This document shows positions 7,720-17,404 of a DNA stretch of 64,000 nucleotides, one piece after another. The position numbers and the translations under genes were made by a program. The notes beneath the pieces are model-generated. The model was not told the origin of the DNA. It was given only the letters and a program-made list of their open reading frames with translations, and ran no database searches. Every line of letters begins with the position of its first letter. Position 1 is the stretch's first letter. Source of the stretch: a virus; the IMG/VR virus record IMGVR_UViG_3300022752_000030, positions 47,238 to 111,237 of that record. One strand, given 5' to 3'.

Positions 7720-8979
7720 TCATCTGCCAACTTGTGGCAGATATTTTTCCTTAGTTTGATCCCAATTCAAATAGATAAGGTCATCATAGAAAAGTGTTTC
7801 ATATGAAACATTATTCTTTTTTTGTAATTGTCTGATTCGACCCTTAGCATACTTGGTTTTCCAAATATTGGCAAGAGTTTCTTCACTCGTATCGAAAGAT
7901 TTTACCAATTTACCTTCACCAATTTCTTTTCGTAAGAAATCATTTGTATTATTATACAATGGTGAAAAATAAATTCCTCGCTGATGTTCGGTACGAATTA
8001 AATTTTTAGGAATACCAAGCTTTGAATAAGCAAAGTTTAAAGACCTATTTTTGTGATCACGTTTGAGTGGAAGACCTTGTTGATTTTTGGCTTCCCACCA
8101 TTCAAAATATTTACGGGTATGATTTTCTTTGATCCAATCAAAAACCATTCTCATAGTTTTTTTACTCGGTTCAAAAGCAACCGAACCACTAGAAAAACCC
8201 ATTTTATTCCAGTGTTCTAGACCATCATATTGAGATAAACCTCCAGACTTGGTGTTACCATATAATGAAGTAGTTGTAACTCCAACAAGGACATCACCAT
8301 ATTGTTTTTTCCAATCTTTTTGTACTGTATCAGATAAACACATCAATGCCAACAACTTACCACCCATGTAATTAAAACCTAATGGTTGCAACGGCACAAT
8401 TGTGGAACCAATTGCAGTATGGTTGATCATGTGTTGTTGAGTTTTTACATCACGAGCCCATCCTATTGCATTATCTCTTGGTGTCAAATCTAGAAAATCT
8501 GAAGAAATACAAATAACACCAAGATATTTTCCTGTCACTTCATCAGTAAGAGTGTAAAATAAATTACGACCAATATTCGAATTATTCTTCATTGTTGAAG
8601 AAAATGTACGTATAGCATTCCATGTTTCCGCAAGTGGTCCGTTTGATAAGACCATAACCGGTTTTAATTTTTCAAAATCATCAGGTTCTTGTGGCATCCA
8701 AAAGTTTGATTTAACTTTCTGTATTAGTTTTTCTTGTTCTGTACTTTCCATCTGAAGTTCACTACCAAAAAGAGTAGATACTTCTTTGACTGGGTACCGT
8801 TCTTTAACCTCACACCATTTTTGATATAACGTGTATTCACGAACATCCATTTTTGATGCGTATGTTAAATCTTCAATGAGGATTTTTTTCATTGATTCCT
8901 CATCGATATGTTCAAACGAGCTGTTCTTTTCAGACCACTCTTTCCATTGTTTATCAACAAACTCTATCGGTGTTGCCAT
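7720..8979 (-). CDS. DUF4338 / Druantia DruA-like protein
   Basis: IGRNL, GKYLGVI, RDNAIGW, VPLQPLGFNYMGGKLLA, TTTSLYG motifs. Confidence 0.75.
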   Translation of the reverse strand: MATPIEFVDKQWKEWSEKNSSFEHIDEESMKKILIEDLTYASKMDVREYTLYQKWCEVKERYPVKEVSTLFGSELQMESTEQEKLIQKVKSNFWMPQEPDDFEKLKPVMVLSNGPLAETWNAIRTFSSTMKNNSNIGRNLFYTLTDEVTGKYLGVICISSDFLDLTPRDNAIGWARDVKTQQHMINHTAIGSTIVPLQPLGFNYMGGKLLALMCLSDTVQKDWKKQYGDVLVGVTTTSLYGNTKSGGLSQYDGLEHWNKMGFSSGSVAFEPSKKTMRMVFDWIKENHTRKYFEWWEAKNQQGLPLKRDHKNRSLNFAYSKLGIPKNLIRTEHQRGIYFSPLYNNTNDFLRKEIGEGKLVKSFDTSEETLANIWKTKYAKGRIRQLQKKNNVSYETLFYDDLIYLNWDQTKEKYLPQVGR

Positions 8980-8993
8980 TATATAAATTCCAT

Positions 8994-10712
8994 TTATTTT
9001 GCAATTTGCGAGAAATTATTCTTTTTCTCAAATTTAATTATGCTTCTAAATTTATCAAACAATTGATCACCTTTGTGTGATATAACAAATACATTTGTAT
9101 CTTGTCCCATTTCATGAATTAATTTTAAAAATTCTTCTGTACCAACTGTGTCTAAGCTTGAATCAAAAACCTCATCCAAAATTAACAAGTTTGTATTTGT
9201 AGAGTTTTTGAGTTTTGCAATTTGACGCCATGTAAACAATAACGCCAAATCAATACGCATCTTTTCACCTTCTGAAAAATTAGCATAGGAAAATTCATCA
9301 CGGTGACGACTCTTGATAGTTTCTTCAAAGTTTTCATTGATATTGAAATTAACAAAAAAGTCCATTGCAGACAAATATTTGTTAATTAACTTGTTCATTA
9401 TAGGCAAGTACTGTTTGATAATTTTAGTTTTGATGCCGGTATCTTTTAATAAAGATGAAGCAAATTCATAATAGTGTTTTTGTATAGAAAGTTCTTCTTG
9501 AGATTTTTGTAATGATACTAAATCAATTTTTAATTGTTTAAGTTTTTCATTTTCTTCTTCAAGGTTATCTTTGCGATTTGACAATTCTCTAATTTCTTCA
9601 TTCAACTTTGAAACATATTTCGTTATAGCTGTCATTGTTGACTGATGTTTAATGATTTCATTATTGTGTTCATTTATATGTGTAATGATATCATTAATTG
9701 TTTTTATTTGTTTTGAAATTTTATCAAGCTCTTGCGTAATTTCCTCAAGACCCTTTTTCTGATTATCGACTTTTTCTTTTCGTTCTCTAATTTGTTCTTC
9801 TCTGAAGTGTTCTTCGATGTGTTGTTTACAGGTTGGGCAATTATCATTTTGTTCATAAAATTCAATATCTTTTTCGTTCTTTTTAATGTTACTTTCAACT
9901 TTGGCTTCAATCTGAAAAAGTTTTTTGGATTTTTTATTTAAAGAATCTTTATTATTTCCAATTTTATTCTGCAATACAGATATATGTTTAGAAATCAATT
10001 CAACATCATAAATTAAATTGTTTAACTGTTCATTCGATTTTTCAATCTCATCTTTCTTTCTCTGAATTTCAGCATCATTATGTTTCTTATGTTCTTCAAT
10101 ATTTTGTTTCTGTAAATTAATTTTTTCTTCAGTTAAATTAACTTCATATTTAATTTTTGTTGTAGTATCTTTAAGTGTAGATACTCGATCCTTCAACAAA
10201 GAATTCATTGAAGAAAAAATTTGAATGTCTAGTAAATCTTCAATAATAGTTCTTCTATCTGAAGCCGATAATTGCATGAAAGGAACAAAAGATGCTGATC
10301 CTAATATAACAACTTGTGTGAAAGATTTATAGTTTAATTTAAGAATATTTTTTTCTAATACTTCTTGATAATCTTTAGATGCAGCGTCTTGATTAATTAA
10401 GATATCGTTTTGATATATTTCAAAGATATTTGGTTTGATGCCACGTATGACTTTATATCTTTTTTGACCGATATTGAATTCAATTTCAACCACACAATCA
10501 CGCTGATTGATAGAATTTAATAAATTGGGTTTATTGATTTTTCGAAAAGGTTTACCAAACAAACCGAAACATAGTGCATCCAAAATAGTACTTTTTCCTG
10601 CACCATTTTGTCCGATAATTAGTGTGTTAGTTGATTTGGTTAAGTTTATTTCCGTAAAAGAATTACCAGTCGATAATAAATTACGCCATCTTACTTTTTG
10701 AAAAAGAATCAT
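8994..10712 (-). CDS. gp46: Recombination endonuclease subunit, SbcC/Rad50-like ATPase
   Basis: GQNGAGKST, CPTC zinc hook, FSEGE signature, ILDEVFD. Confidence 0.97.
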   Translation of the reverse strand: MILFQKVRWRNLLSTGNSFTEINLTKSTNTLIIGQNGAGKSTILDALCFGLFGKPFRKINKPNLLNSINQRDCVVEIEFNIGQKRYKVIRGIKPNIFEIYQNDILINQDAASKDYQEVLEKNILKLNYKSFTQVVILGSASFVPFMQLSASDRRTIIEDLLDIQIFSSMNSLLKDRVSTLKDTTTKIKYEVNLTEEKINLQKQNIEEHKKHNDAEIQRKKDEIEKSNEQLNNLIYDVELISKHISVLQNKIGNNKDSLNKKSKKLFQIEAKVESNIKKNEKDIEFYEQNDNCPTCKQHIEEHFREEQIRERKEKVDNQKKGLEEITQELDKISKQIKTINDIITHINEHNNEIIKHQSTMTAITKYVSKLNEEIRELSNRKDNLEEENEKLKQLKIDLVSLQKSQEELSIQKHYYEFASSLLKDTGIKTKIIKQYLPIMNKLINKYLSAMDFFVNFNINENFEETIKSRHRDEFSYANFSEGEKMRIDLALLFTWRQIAKLKNSTNTNLLILDEVFDSSLDTVGTEEFLKLIHEMGQDTNVFVISHKGDQLFDKFRSIIKFEKKNNFSQIAK

Positions 10713-11792
10713 GTTTGTTCAGAATTTAAGGACTCAATATAGAGTTCTTTTAATAAAGTTTTCAACTTGTTGTTATCAATGTTATCTTCTTTAATGGAAT
10801 CAACATAACCATTTAAAATCGTCAATGTGTCTTCTGCTTGATCTACCATATCATCATCAACACCTTCTGTCAATTCGGTAAAATCTTCAGCAATAGTAAT
10901 ATCGATAGGATTGACATTATACAAGTTATTCATGAACTTGTCAAACAGATACGGATTTGTTTTGTTTACAACTACCACTTTAACATATGTGTTGGTATAT
11001 GTTGTTAGGTCTTTTTTTGTTATTTCCGAAATTGATTCGATTTTGTCATCGTAAACAATTCGATGAAACATCCTGTTAGGATTTTCTATAAATTCTAATT
11101 CTTTTGTTTCGATATCAAAAAGATGAAATCCTCTTTTATCATTATAATCTTGCCAAGTAAGTTCATAAGGATTACCCAAATAATAAATGCCATCAGCACT
11201 AGATTTGTGATGGTAATGACCACTAAAGGTATGTTCGAATTTACGAAATATTGATCTATCAAGGCCTTCTTCACATGGCATACCACGATACATTGCGAAT
11301 CCAGCAATTTCGAAATGTCCCATGCAAATATTTGCTGATGTGTTTTTAATTTCTTGCATAGAATTTTCATAGTTCTCTGCACAAATCCAAGGAATCATAC
11401 AAACATCGTGATTTGTATCCGAATATTTCAGATGAATAGTTTGTGGTGAATCAATCACGACTATGTTTTGGTATTCACGCAATAACAAATCAACAGAATT
11501 TACATCATTAGTATTTTTGAAATACGTATCATGGTTTCCTGCCAACATGTAAACATCTATCAATTCTTTTTCAAGAATATCAAAGAACATTTCTTTTGTT
11601 CTTTTAAGAGAGTAAAAATTTACATATTTTCGGCGATCAAAAGTATCACCAAGAATTAAAACAGTTTTAATGTTTTGTTCTTTTAATTTTGGAAAGAAGG
11701 TGTCTCGATAAAATTTTTCGTAAAAATCTAAAAAATGAACTGAATCATTCCTCGCACCGAAAATGCTGGTCGGTTATTACTGCTACTTTCAT
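10709..11792 (-). CDS. gp47: Recombination endonuclease subunit, SbcD/Mre11-like; 1-nt frameshift near 11760
   Basis: MKVAVITDQHF (start 11792, SD AGGAGG) lies in a different frame from GARND...LGDTFD...GNHD...GHYH. Confidence 0.9.
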
Positions 11793-11848
11793 TCCGACAC
11801 CTCCTTTTTCAAAAAATAAATGTTAAAATTAAAATCAAAGAAACAATA

Positions 11849-12277
11849 TTATTGTTTTTTATTCATGATGTCACCAATTCTATTTCTAAGTTCAGTTGTG
11901 CTGAAACTGTGTTTTCTAGAATTGAAATAGACTTCCATCATTAAATTTGAACCAGTATATTGTTTACCTCTGTATTCTTCTCCTATGATTCTAACATCAA
12001 TAGGATAGGATGTCAAGATATCCATCAATTCTTTTTCTGTGGCATATGGTATAATTTCATCAACATATTTACAAGCATCAACTTGCACGTATCTTTCGAA
12101 AACGGATTGTATAGGTTTATTTTTCCATTCTCTGTCGATTGTAGGATCAGTTTGCAAACCTACAATCAAATATTCACATTGCGTCTTTGCTTCTTTAAGC
12201 ATCATTACGTGGCCCGCATGAAACAAATCAAACGCACTTGCAACAAAACCTATTTTTTTACCTTTTATGTTTGTCAT
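11849..12277 (-). CDS. Cytidylyltransferase (TagD/RfaE-like HxGH family)
   Basis: FDLFHAGH, LIVGL, YVDEI, C-terminal STT. Confidence 0.9.
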   Translation of the reverse strand: MTNIKGKKIGFVASAFDLFHAGHVMMLKEAKTQCEYLIVGLQTDPTIDREWKNKPIQSVFERYVQVDACKYVDEIIPYATEKELMDILTSYPIDVRIIGEEYRGKQYTGSNLMMEVYFNSRKHSFSTTELRNRIGDIMNKKQ

Positions 12278-12280
12278 CTT

Positions 12281-12820
12281 TTACTCCATGAATTTTTCAA
12301 CACCCTTTGGTATCTTTAATAATTTCTTTTCTTCTTTTTTTGCATTTCTGCTCACTTCATAAGTCTCAATAAATTCTGCAATATTATCATACATTTCAAA
12401 TTGTTTTGACGTACCATCTTCAAAGTCCATCATTTCAAATTCGTCTAAAACACCAACCTGTTCAGTAGCTTTGTATTTAATGTACAGTTGTTTCTTCTCT
12501 TTTTGAATTCTTCTAAGAAAAGCAAAGTAAATAATTTGAGTAAAATAAGCAAAAGGATTCTTTGATATTGTAGGATTAAAGTTATCAAAATACATCAAAC
12601 AATTTTCAATACCATCAGAAATCATTTCATCTCTGTACGTATAATTAATAAAGTTTGGTTTATGTGATAAACCTTCAGCTATTTTCATCCAACACTCACC
12701 AATATAATCCGGAATCTTCGGTGGAGGTAAATTTGATTTTTCAGCTTCAGAACAAGCGGCCTTGTACTCAACCAAAGCTTTTAAAAAATCTTCATTATTA
12801 ATGTAATTTCGTTTATTCAT
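12281..12820 (-). CDS. gp55: Late-transcription sigma factor
   Basis: YINNEDF, NFINYTYRDEMISDG, NPFAYFTQI, AFLRRIQKEK. Confidence 0.96.
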   Translation of the reverse strand: MNKRNYINNEDFLKALVEYKAACSEAEKSNLPPPKIPDYIGECWMKIAEGLSHKPNFINYTYRDEMISDGIENCLMYFDNFNPTISKNPFAYFTQIIYFAFLRRIQKEKKQLYIKYKATEQVGVLDEFEMMDFEDGTSKQFEMYDNIAEFIETYEVSRNAKKEEKKLLKIPKGVEKFME

Positions 12821-12842
12821 TCAAATATACCATAAAAAGTTG

Positions 12843-12871
12843 TTGACAAACGGCTTGACATATCGTATAGT
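12843..12871 (+). promoter_or_regulatory. Plus-strand (antisense) sigma70 promoter TTGACA-17-TATAGT with a second TTGACA in the spacer
   Basis: TTGACA 12843-12848 and 12855-12860; TATAGT 12866-12871. Confidence 0.55.
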
Positions 12872-12905
12872 TCGGTATGTAGCCCTGATGATATAAATCC
12901 ATATA

Positions 12906-13268
12906 TTAATGAACTGTTATTCCTTTATAAGTTTCCAGTTCTTCTACTGCTTTTAATATTTCCATCATTTCTTCATTTTCTTTAGAAGCTTTTTGTTCTA
13001 AGAACTCATTCATTTTTTCTACTGTATTCAAATAATATTCTTCAAACGATTCATTAGGATCGTACATACAAAGTACATCTTCCATTTTAACAACAACATG
13101 ATTTGTTTTCATTAACGATAATGGAAGCCATTGATTCATAATCAGATTGCCGTTTCTCACTTCAAATACCATTGGATTTTTTATTTCCAACATGTTTTCG
13201 TATAAAAAATAAAAACAAATAACATCAAGCCCATCTTTAAATCTTACTATCTTAATGTTGTTTTCCAT
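12906..13268 (-). CDS. Hypothetical protein downstream of uvsW
   Basis: ORF overlapping uvsW end; IKIVRFKDGLDVI and QWLP pattern. Confidence 0.75.
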   Translation of the reverse strand: MENNIKIVRFKDGLDVICFYFLYENMLEIKNPMVFEVRNGNLIMNQWLPLSLMKTNHVVVKMEDVLCMYDPNESFEEYYLNTVEKMNEFLEQKASKENEEMMEILKAVEELETYKGITVH

Positions 13269-14745
13269 CTTTTAGTCCTATGTTATAAACTTTAAACGGG
13301 AACCTCTCCTCATTATATATCTTTACTCTTTCCACGAAATGTTGAAGTGTAAAATTCATATGTTTTTTATATCTCATATCATCAGCTATATCGTAAAGAG
13401 TTGCTTTATCTTTATTATTAGATTGTCGCAAACCTCTACCAATCGATTGCAAATTTCGCACCCTTGATTTTGACGGTGACGCAAATATAATGTTATGCAA
13501 ATTCCTAATGTTGATTCCAGTAGAAAAAGTACCAAAACTAGCCACAACAATAGCTCCATTTTCATTTTCCATTATTTTTCGTATTGATTCTCTATCTTCT
13601 GTATCTACACCGCCATGCACAAAAAAAACTTTACGACCATTTGCTTTTTCTGTAATCATATTATATAATATTTTGCCATGTTTTTCAACCATTTGATATA
13701 ATACAAGTGTATTTTTTTCTAAACTTATTGTTAAATTTCTTATAAATCTATTTCTATTTTCATTAGATATTAAGTATTCGATTTCTTCTTGATAAGTCTT
13801 ATCTTTCATATTTTCACAAGAATCGTCTGGATGTTTTAAAACTAGACATTTGATATCAAAAGAAACAAGTTGTTTTTTATCAATTAATTCTTTGGTCGTA
13901 ATTACTTTTTCAACCGAACCGAACAATCCTTCTAAAACCAATTTGTGAGTTTTTGTTCCGTCAAGTGTTCCGGTTAATCCAATTCTATATTTTGTTTTAT
14001 TCGCCGATGTCATTATTGTGGTCAATGACTGAGCCTTGAATAAGTGAGCTTCATCACCAATGACGTATTCGAACTGTTCGAAATATTCTTTTGGTAGTTG
14101 GTACAGAGATTGCCAAGTTGAAATGATTAATTTTTTATCTGAATTTTTATCTCGCCCTTGATAAACTCTATGTACATTAGATTCAACGTCAAAATTATTT
14201 TCAGAAGAATAATCAACAAAGTCCGAATAAAGTTGTTCAACTAAAGACGTTGTTGGTACAATAATTAAACCTTTTAGATTTTGAAATTCTAATAATTGTC
14301 TAAAAAGTAAGTATATTATGAGAGATTTACCTGACGCAGTTGGAGAAAGCATTAATGCTCGGCGTCTTTGTATTGCGTGTATGAACGCATTTTTTTGATG
14401 TTCTCTGACTTGTATCGGTTTACCTTGAGAATGTAGTTTTAAAGTATCTACAAATTTATTAAAATGGTATACCGAATATTCATCTTGCAATTCTTCGTAT
14501 TCGTATGTATAATTGCGTTCTGTGCAAAATTCACGGATATAATCGATGAGTCCTACGTAAATTTGATTGTTTTGTAAATTAAAAAGTCTTATGCGACCGT
14601 CCCATATTTTATTTCTATAGGCTGGGACAAATTGATATCCAGGGACAAAAAAAGTAAAATATTCTGATAATTCTTTTGCTATATGTTTTTCACAATTTAT
14701 TTTAGCATAAACCTCATCAATTTTACTTATAATTAAATTATTCAT
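13252..14745 (-). CDS. uvsW: SF2 DNA/RNA-DNA helicase UvsW
   Basis: WDGRIRLF, SPTASGKS, DEAH, QSIGRGLR. Confidence 0.96.
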   Translation of the reverse strand: MNNLIISKIDEVYAKINCEKHIAKELSEYFTFFVPGYQFVPAYRNKIWDGRIRLFNLQNNQIYVGLIDYIREFCTERNYTYEYEELQDEYSVYHFNKFVDTLKLHSQGKPIQVREHQKNAFIHAIQRRRALMLSPTASGKSLIIYLLFRQLLEFQNLKGLIIVPTTSLVEQLYSDFVDYSSENNFDVESNVHRVYQGRDKNSDKKLIISTWQSLYQLPKEYFEQFEYVIGDEAHLFKAQSLTTIMTSANKTKYRIGLTGTLDGTKTHKLVLEGLFGSVEKVITTKELIDKKQLVSFDIKCLVLKHPDDSCENMKDKTYQEEIEYLISNENRNRFIRNLTISLEKNTLVLYQMVEKHGKILYNMITEKANGRKVFFVHGGVDTEDRESIRKIMENENGAIVVASFGTFSTGINIRNLHNIIFASPSKSRVRNLQSIGRGLRQSNNKDKATLYDIADDMRYKKHMNFTLQHFVERVKIYNEERFPFKVYNIGLKDGKQH

Positions 14746-14896
14746 TTAAACTTTTCTTTATCAATTCACTTATTTTCTTTTTATAATCAGGATTTTGCCA
14801 GTTTTTTTTTATTTTTTCTGATCTTTTTTTTGATCCTTGTTTTTGTTTTTCGGTCCTTTCAACACCTTTAAGTAAAGATTTAGGACTAATTGCTAA
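14738..14896 (-). pseudogene. Start-less relic of a homing-endonuclease DNA-binding tail
   Basis: Open frame LAISPKSLLKGVERTEKQKQGSKKRSEKIKKNWQNPDYKKKISELIKKSLNE* resembles NUMOD3-type basic repeats. Confidence 0.5.
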
Positions 14897-14897
14897 G

Positions 14898-15332
14898 TTA
14901 CATACCTCCTATAAATTTTTCATAATCAATAAATGACCTGAGTTGCCATGTTCTTTGTTTCAATTCAGACATAATAGATTCAATTACAGAAATTACTTCT
15001 TCGTGATATATTTTTTTCTCAAGTAATTTGATTAAATCTTTATCTGCTTCTAAGTATGTATTGATATCGGATTTCAAAGCAAATTGAAATTGTTCCCATC
15101 CGTATTCATCAAGTTCTTCTTGGGACATTTTACCTGTGTAATATTCCCATTTAATTTTTCTGATGCGTAGATAATCAAAATGTGCTTTCTTTGAAGCAAT
15201 TTTGTGTTTCGTGAGTATACCCAAATATTTACTGTGATAAGTGGGTATTTTTAAAAGTTCTTTGCTTGGTTCGGTTTGATCGATAACCGAATCAGATTCC
15301 CACATTTTTAAAATTTGTTCAAGTGTTTCCAT
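14898..15332 (-). CDS. uvsY: Recombination mediator UvsY
   Basis: HSKYL, WEYYTGK, YLEADKD, RTWQLRSFIDYEKFIGG. Confidence 0.92.
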   Translation of the reverse strand: METLEQILKMWESDSVIDQTEPSKELLKIPTYHSKYLGILTKHKIASKKAHFDYLRIRKIKWEYYTGKMSQEELDEYGWEQFQFALKSDINTYLEADKDLIKLLEKKIYHEEVISVIESIMSELKQRTWQLRSFIDYEKFIGGM

Positions 15333-15359
15333 AATAATTAAAAATTAAATCAAAATAAC

Positions 15360-15388
15360 ATAATAACACAAATCAGTTATAATGTCAA
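15360..15388 (-). promoter_or_regulatory. sigma70 promoter TTGACA-17-TATTAT for uvsY-uvsW
   Basis: Direct sequence match with TG extension. Confidence 0.75.
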
Positions 15389-15403
15389 TATAAAATATTA
15401 AAT

Positions 15404-15916
15404 TTATACCGTAATTACTTTATAATAGTCATATCGAAATGTTGCTCTTGCGGTGATAATAGTGTCTGCTGATAAAGTGGTATCAAAATTAATATCTGTA
15501 ATGGTTGTGGGAAATGCATTTATAAATTGTATTCTAGCTACAGGGTTGTTTAATGCAGATAGAATTGTCAGGTTTGCGTCCGACAGATTTTTATTAGTTT
15601 TATCTAATGACGTGTCGTAACGTTTCTCAAAACCCTCTGGTGATGCTATGGACGTGAACCAATCGTGTAGATTTTTCCATCCAACTAATGCTTCATCGAT
15701 AATGAAAGAAACTTCTAATGCATTGTATGTTAATTTTGTGCCGGGTGAATATGTGTCAATAAAAGGAGTTGATCTTGTAATTTCTTGCAATGAAAAGCCT
15801 GGTAAATTCACAGATTGACAAAAATATTGTACTGCACCTATTCTATTAAATGTTAATAGAAATTTTGTTGGTTGTAAAATATTTGTATTTTGAGGATTTC
15901 TATTTAGAACAGACAT
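15404..15916 (-). CDS. gp3: Tail completion / tube terminator protein
   Basis: NPQNTNILQPTKF, YFCQSVNLPG, FINAFPT; position after gp23. Confidence 0.8.
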   Translation of the reverse strand: MSVLNRNPQNTNILQPTKFLLTFNRIGAVQYFCQSVNLPGFSLQEITRSTPFIDTYSPGTKLTYNALEVSFIIDEALVGWKNLHDWFTSIASPEGFEKRYDTSLDKTNKNLSDANLTILSALNNPVARIQFINAFPTTITDINFDTTLSADTIITARATFRYDYYKVITV

Positions 15917-15947
15917 TTAATTCTCCTTTGTTTACTATTTAGGAGAC

Positions 15948-15976
15948 AAAAAAAGAGGACACCTAAGTGTCCTCTC
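15948..15976 (-). terminator. Terminator after the major capsid gene
   Basis: AGAGGACAC-TTAG-GTGTCCTCT followed by a T run. Confidence 0.85.
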
Positions 15977-16017
15977 TTAAATGTCACTCTTAACGGTGAC
16001 TTAATCAATCAAATTGA

Positions 16018-17364
16018 TTACATCAAGTTACGTACACCGAAAATACGGTAGTAAACGTTGCTACGTGCGTTCAATGCACCGTTGCCAGTTGTAAGACCTG
16101 TAGCGAATGGGTTTGCAACCATGCCGTAACGAGTCTTGAATCCAATTTTTGGTTGGAATGTGAACTGGTCAACTGCACGAACCATTTGCAATGGAACGTA
16201 TGGGCAGTAGAACAAACCAGCATCATATGGTGATGTACCCTTGTAGCCTACAGTTACCAATTCTTGGTTGGATGTGTAACCACCAAAATATGGATCGATG
16301 TAAACTTTGATACGACCGTGCAACATACCAGCAAATGTATTGCCTGTATCGTCAATTTGCAAATCAGATTGCAAAGCAGGTGTATAAGAAAGAACACCAG
16401 CCATAGCCATAGCGGAAGCAACGTCTGAAGAAACGATCAAAACGTTACCTTTACCTCTACGTGTTTGTTTTGCAATAACGTTAGCATCACGTTCGATTTG
16501 GAAAATCAAACCTTTGAAACGTTCTACAGACCAACGACCGTTAGAGTCGGTGTCTAAATCGAAAGTACCTTGTGTAGTTGTACCATACATAGCACCTTTA
16601 ACAGCACATGTGTAAATTGTACGAATAACTTCACGGTTAATTTCAGCCAAAATTTCTGTAGAAAGAATGTTTGACAACTCTGTTTCAGCGTCAAGACCGT
16701 GAACTGCTTTCAAGTCTTGTGCAAGTTCAAGAGAGTACTCTGCTTTCAAAGCACGTGATTGTGCAGTAACAGTAACTTTCTCGATGGAGAAAGCCATTTG
16801 ATTGAACAAACCAGTTGATGTGTCAGCACCAAGACCTTCAGCAACGCTTGTTTGCATGCCGATACCAGTTGTAAATGAGTTAGCAGTAAAATCAGCAACA
16901 GGATTTGTAGAAATGTCTGTTGTGTTGTTACCAGCAAAACCGTACAAGTTTGTAGAAGAACCAGCACCAGAGAAGATTGTGTTAGCTTCGTTGAAGAAAG
17001 CTTCGTTTGTGTTACTAGGTGCACCAGATTGTGCGCTGTAACGAGCACGCATTGCAAAAATCAAACCTGTTGGGCCTGTCATTGGCTGAACGCCAGCAAC
17101 ATCATAAGCAATCAAGTTTGGCAATGAACGGCGAACCAAGCTAATTAAGATTGGGTCATAGTTCTGAACGCCACCAGCTACGTTAGTTGGTGTAGCAGAG
17201 TATGTAGTTTCGTTCAACTGTTGAGCAGCTTCACGCATTTCTCTTTGTTGGTTTTCCAAAACAAGAGCTGTAACAGCCTTTTTGTATGGATCCTTAATAG
17301 CTTCAAGTTCTGGATGCTCCAAAACTGGTTGCCATTTTTTTTGTAGTTCTTCGGTTAGATACAT
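16018..17364 (-). CDS. gp23: Major capsid protein
   Basis: KWQPVL, DPILISLVRR, GVQPMTGPTGLIFAMR, FQPKIGFKTRYG. Confidence 0.98.
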   Translation of the reverse strand: MYLTEELQKKWQPVLEHPELEAIKDPYKKAVTALVLENQQREMREAAQQLNETTYSATPTNVAGGVQNYDPILISLVRRSLPNLIAYDVAGVQPMTGPTGLIFAMRARYSAQSGAPSNTNEAFFNEANTIFSGAGSSTNLYGFAGNNTTDISTNPVADFTANSFTTGIGMQTSVAEGLGADTSTGLFNQMAFSIEKVTVTAQSRALKAEYSLELAQDLKAVHGLDAETELSNILSTEILAEINREVIRTIYTCAVKGAMYGTTTQGTFDLDTDSNGRWSVERFKGLIFQIERDANVIAKQTRRGKGNVLIVSSDVASAMAMAGVLSYTPALQSDLQIDDTGNTFAGMLHGRIKVYIDPYFGGYTSNQELVTVGYKGTSPYDAGLFYCPYVPLQMVRAVDQFTFQPKIGFKTRYGMVANPFATGLTTGNGALNARSNVYYRIFGVRNLM

Positions 17365-17404
17365 TTAAAATTCTCCTTGTGAGTATCTATTAATGGTAAT
17401 TTAT

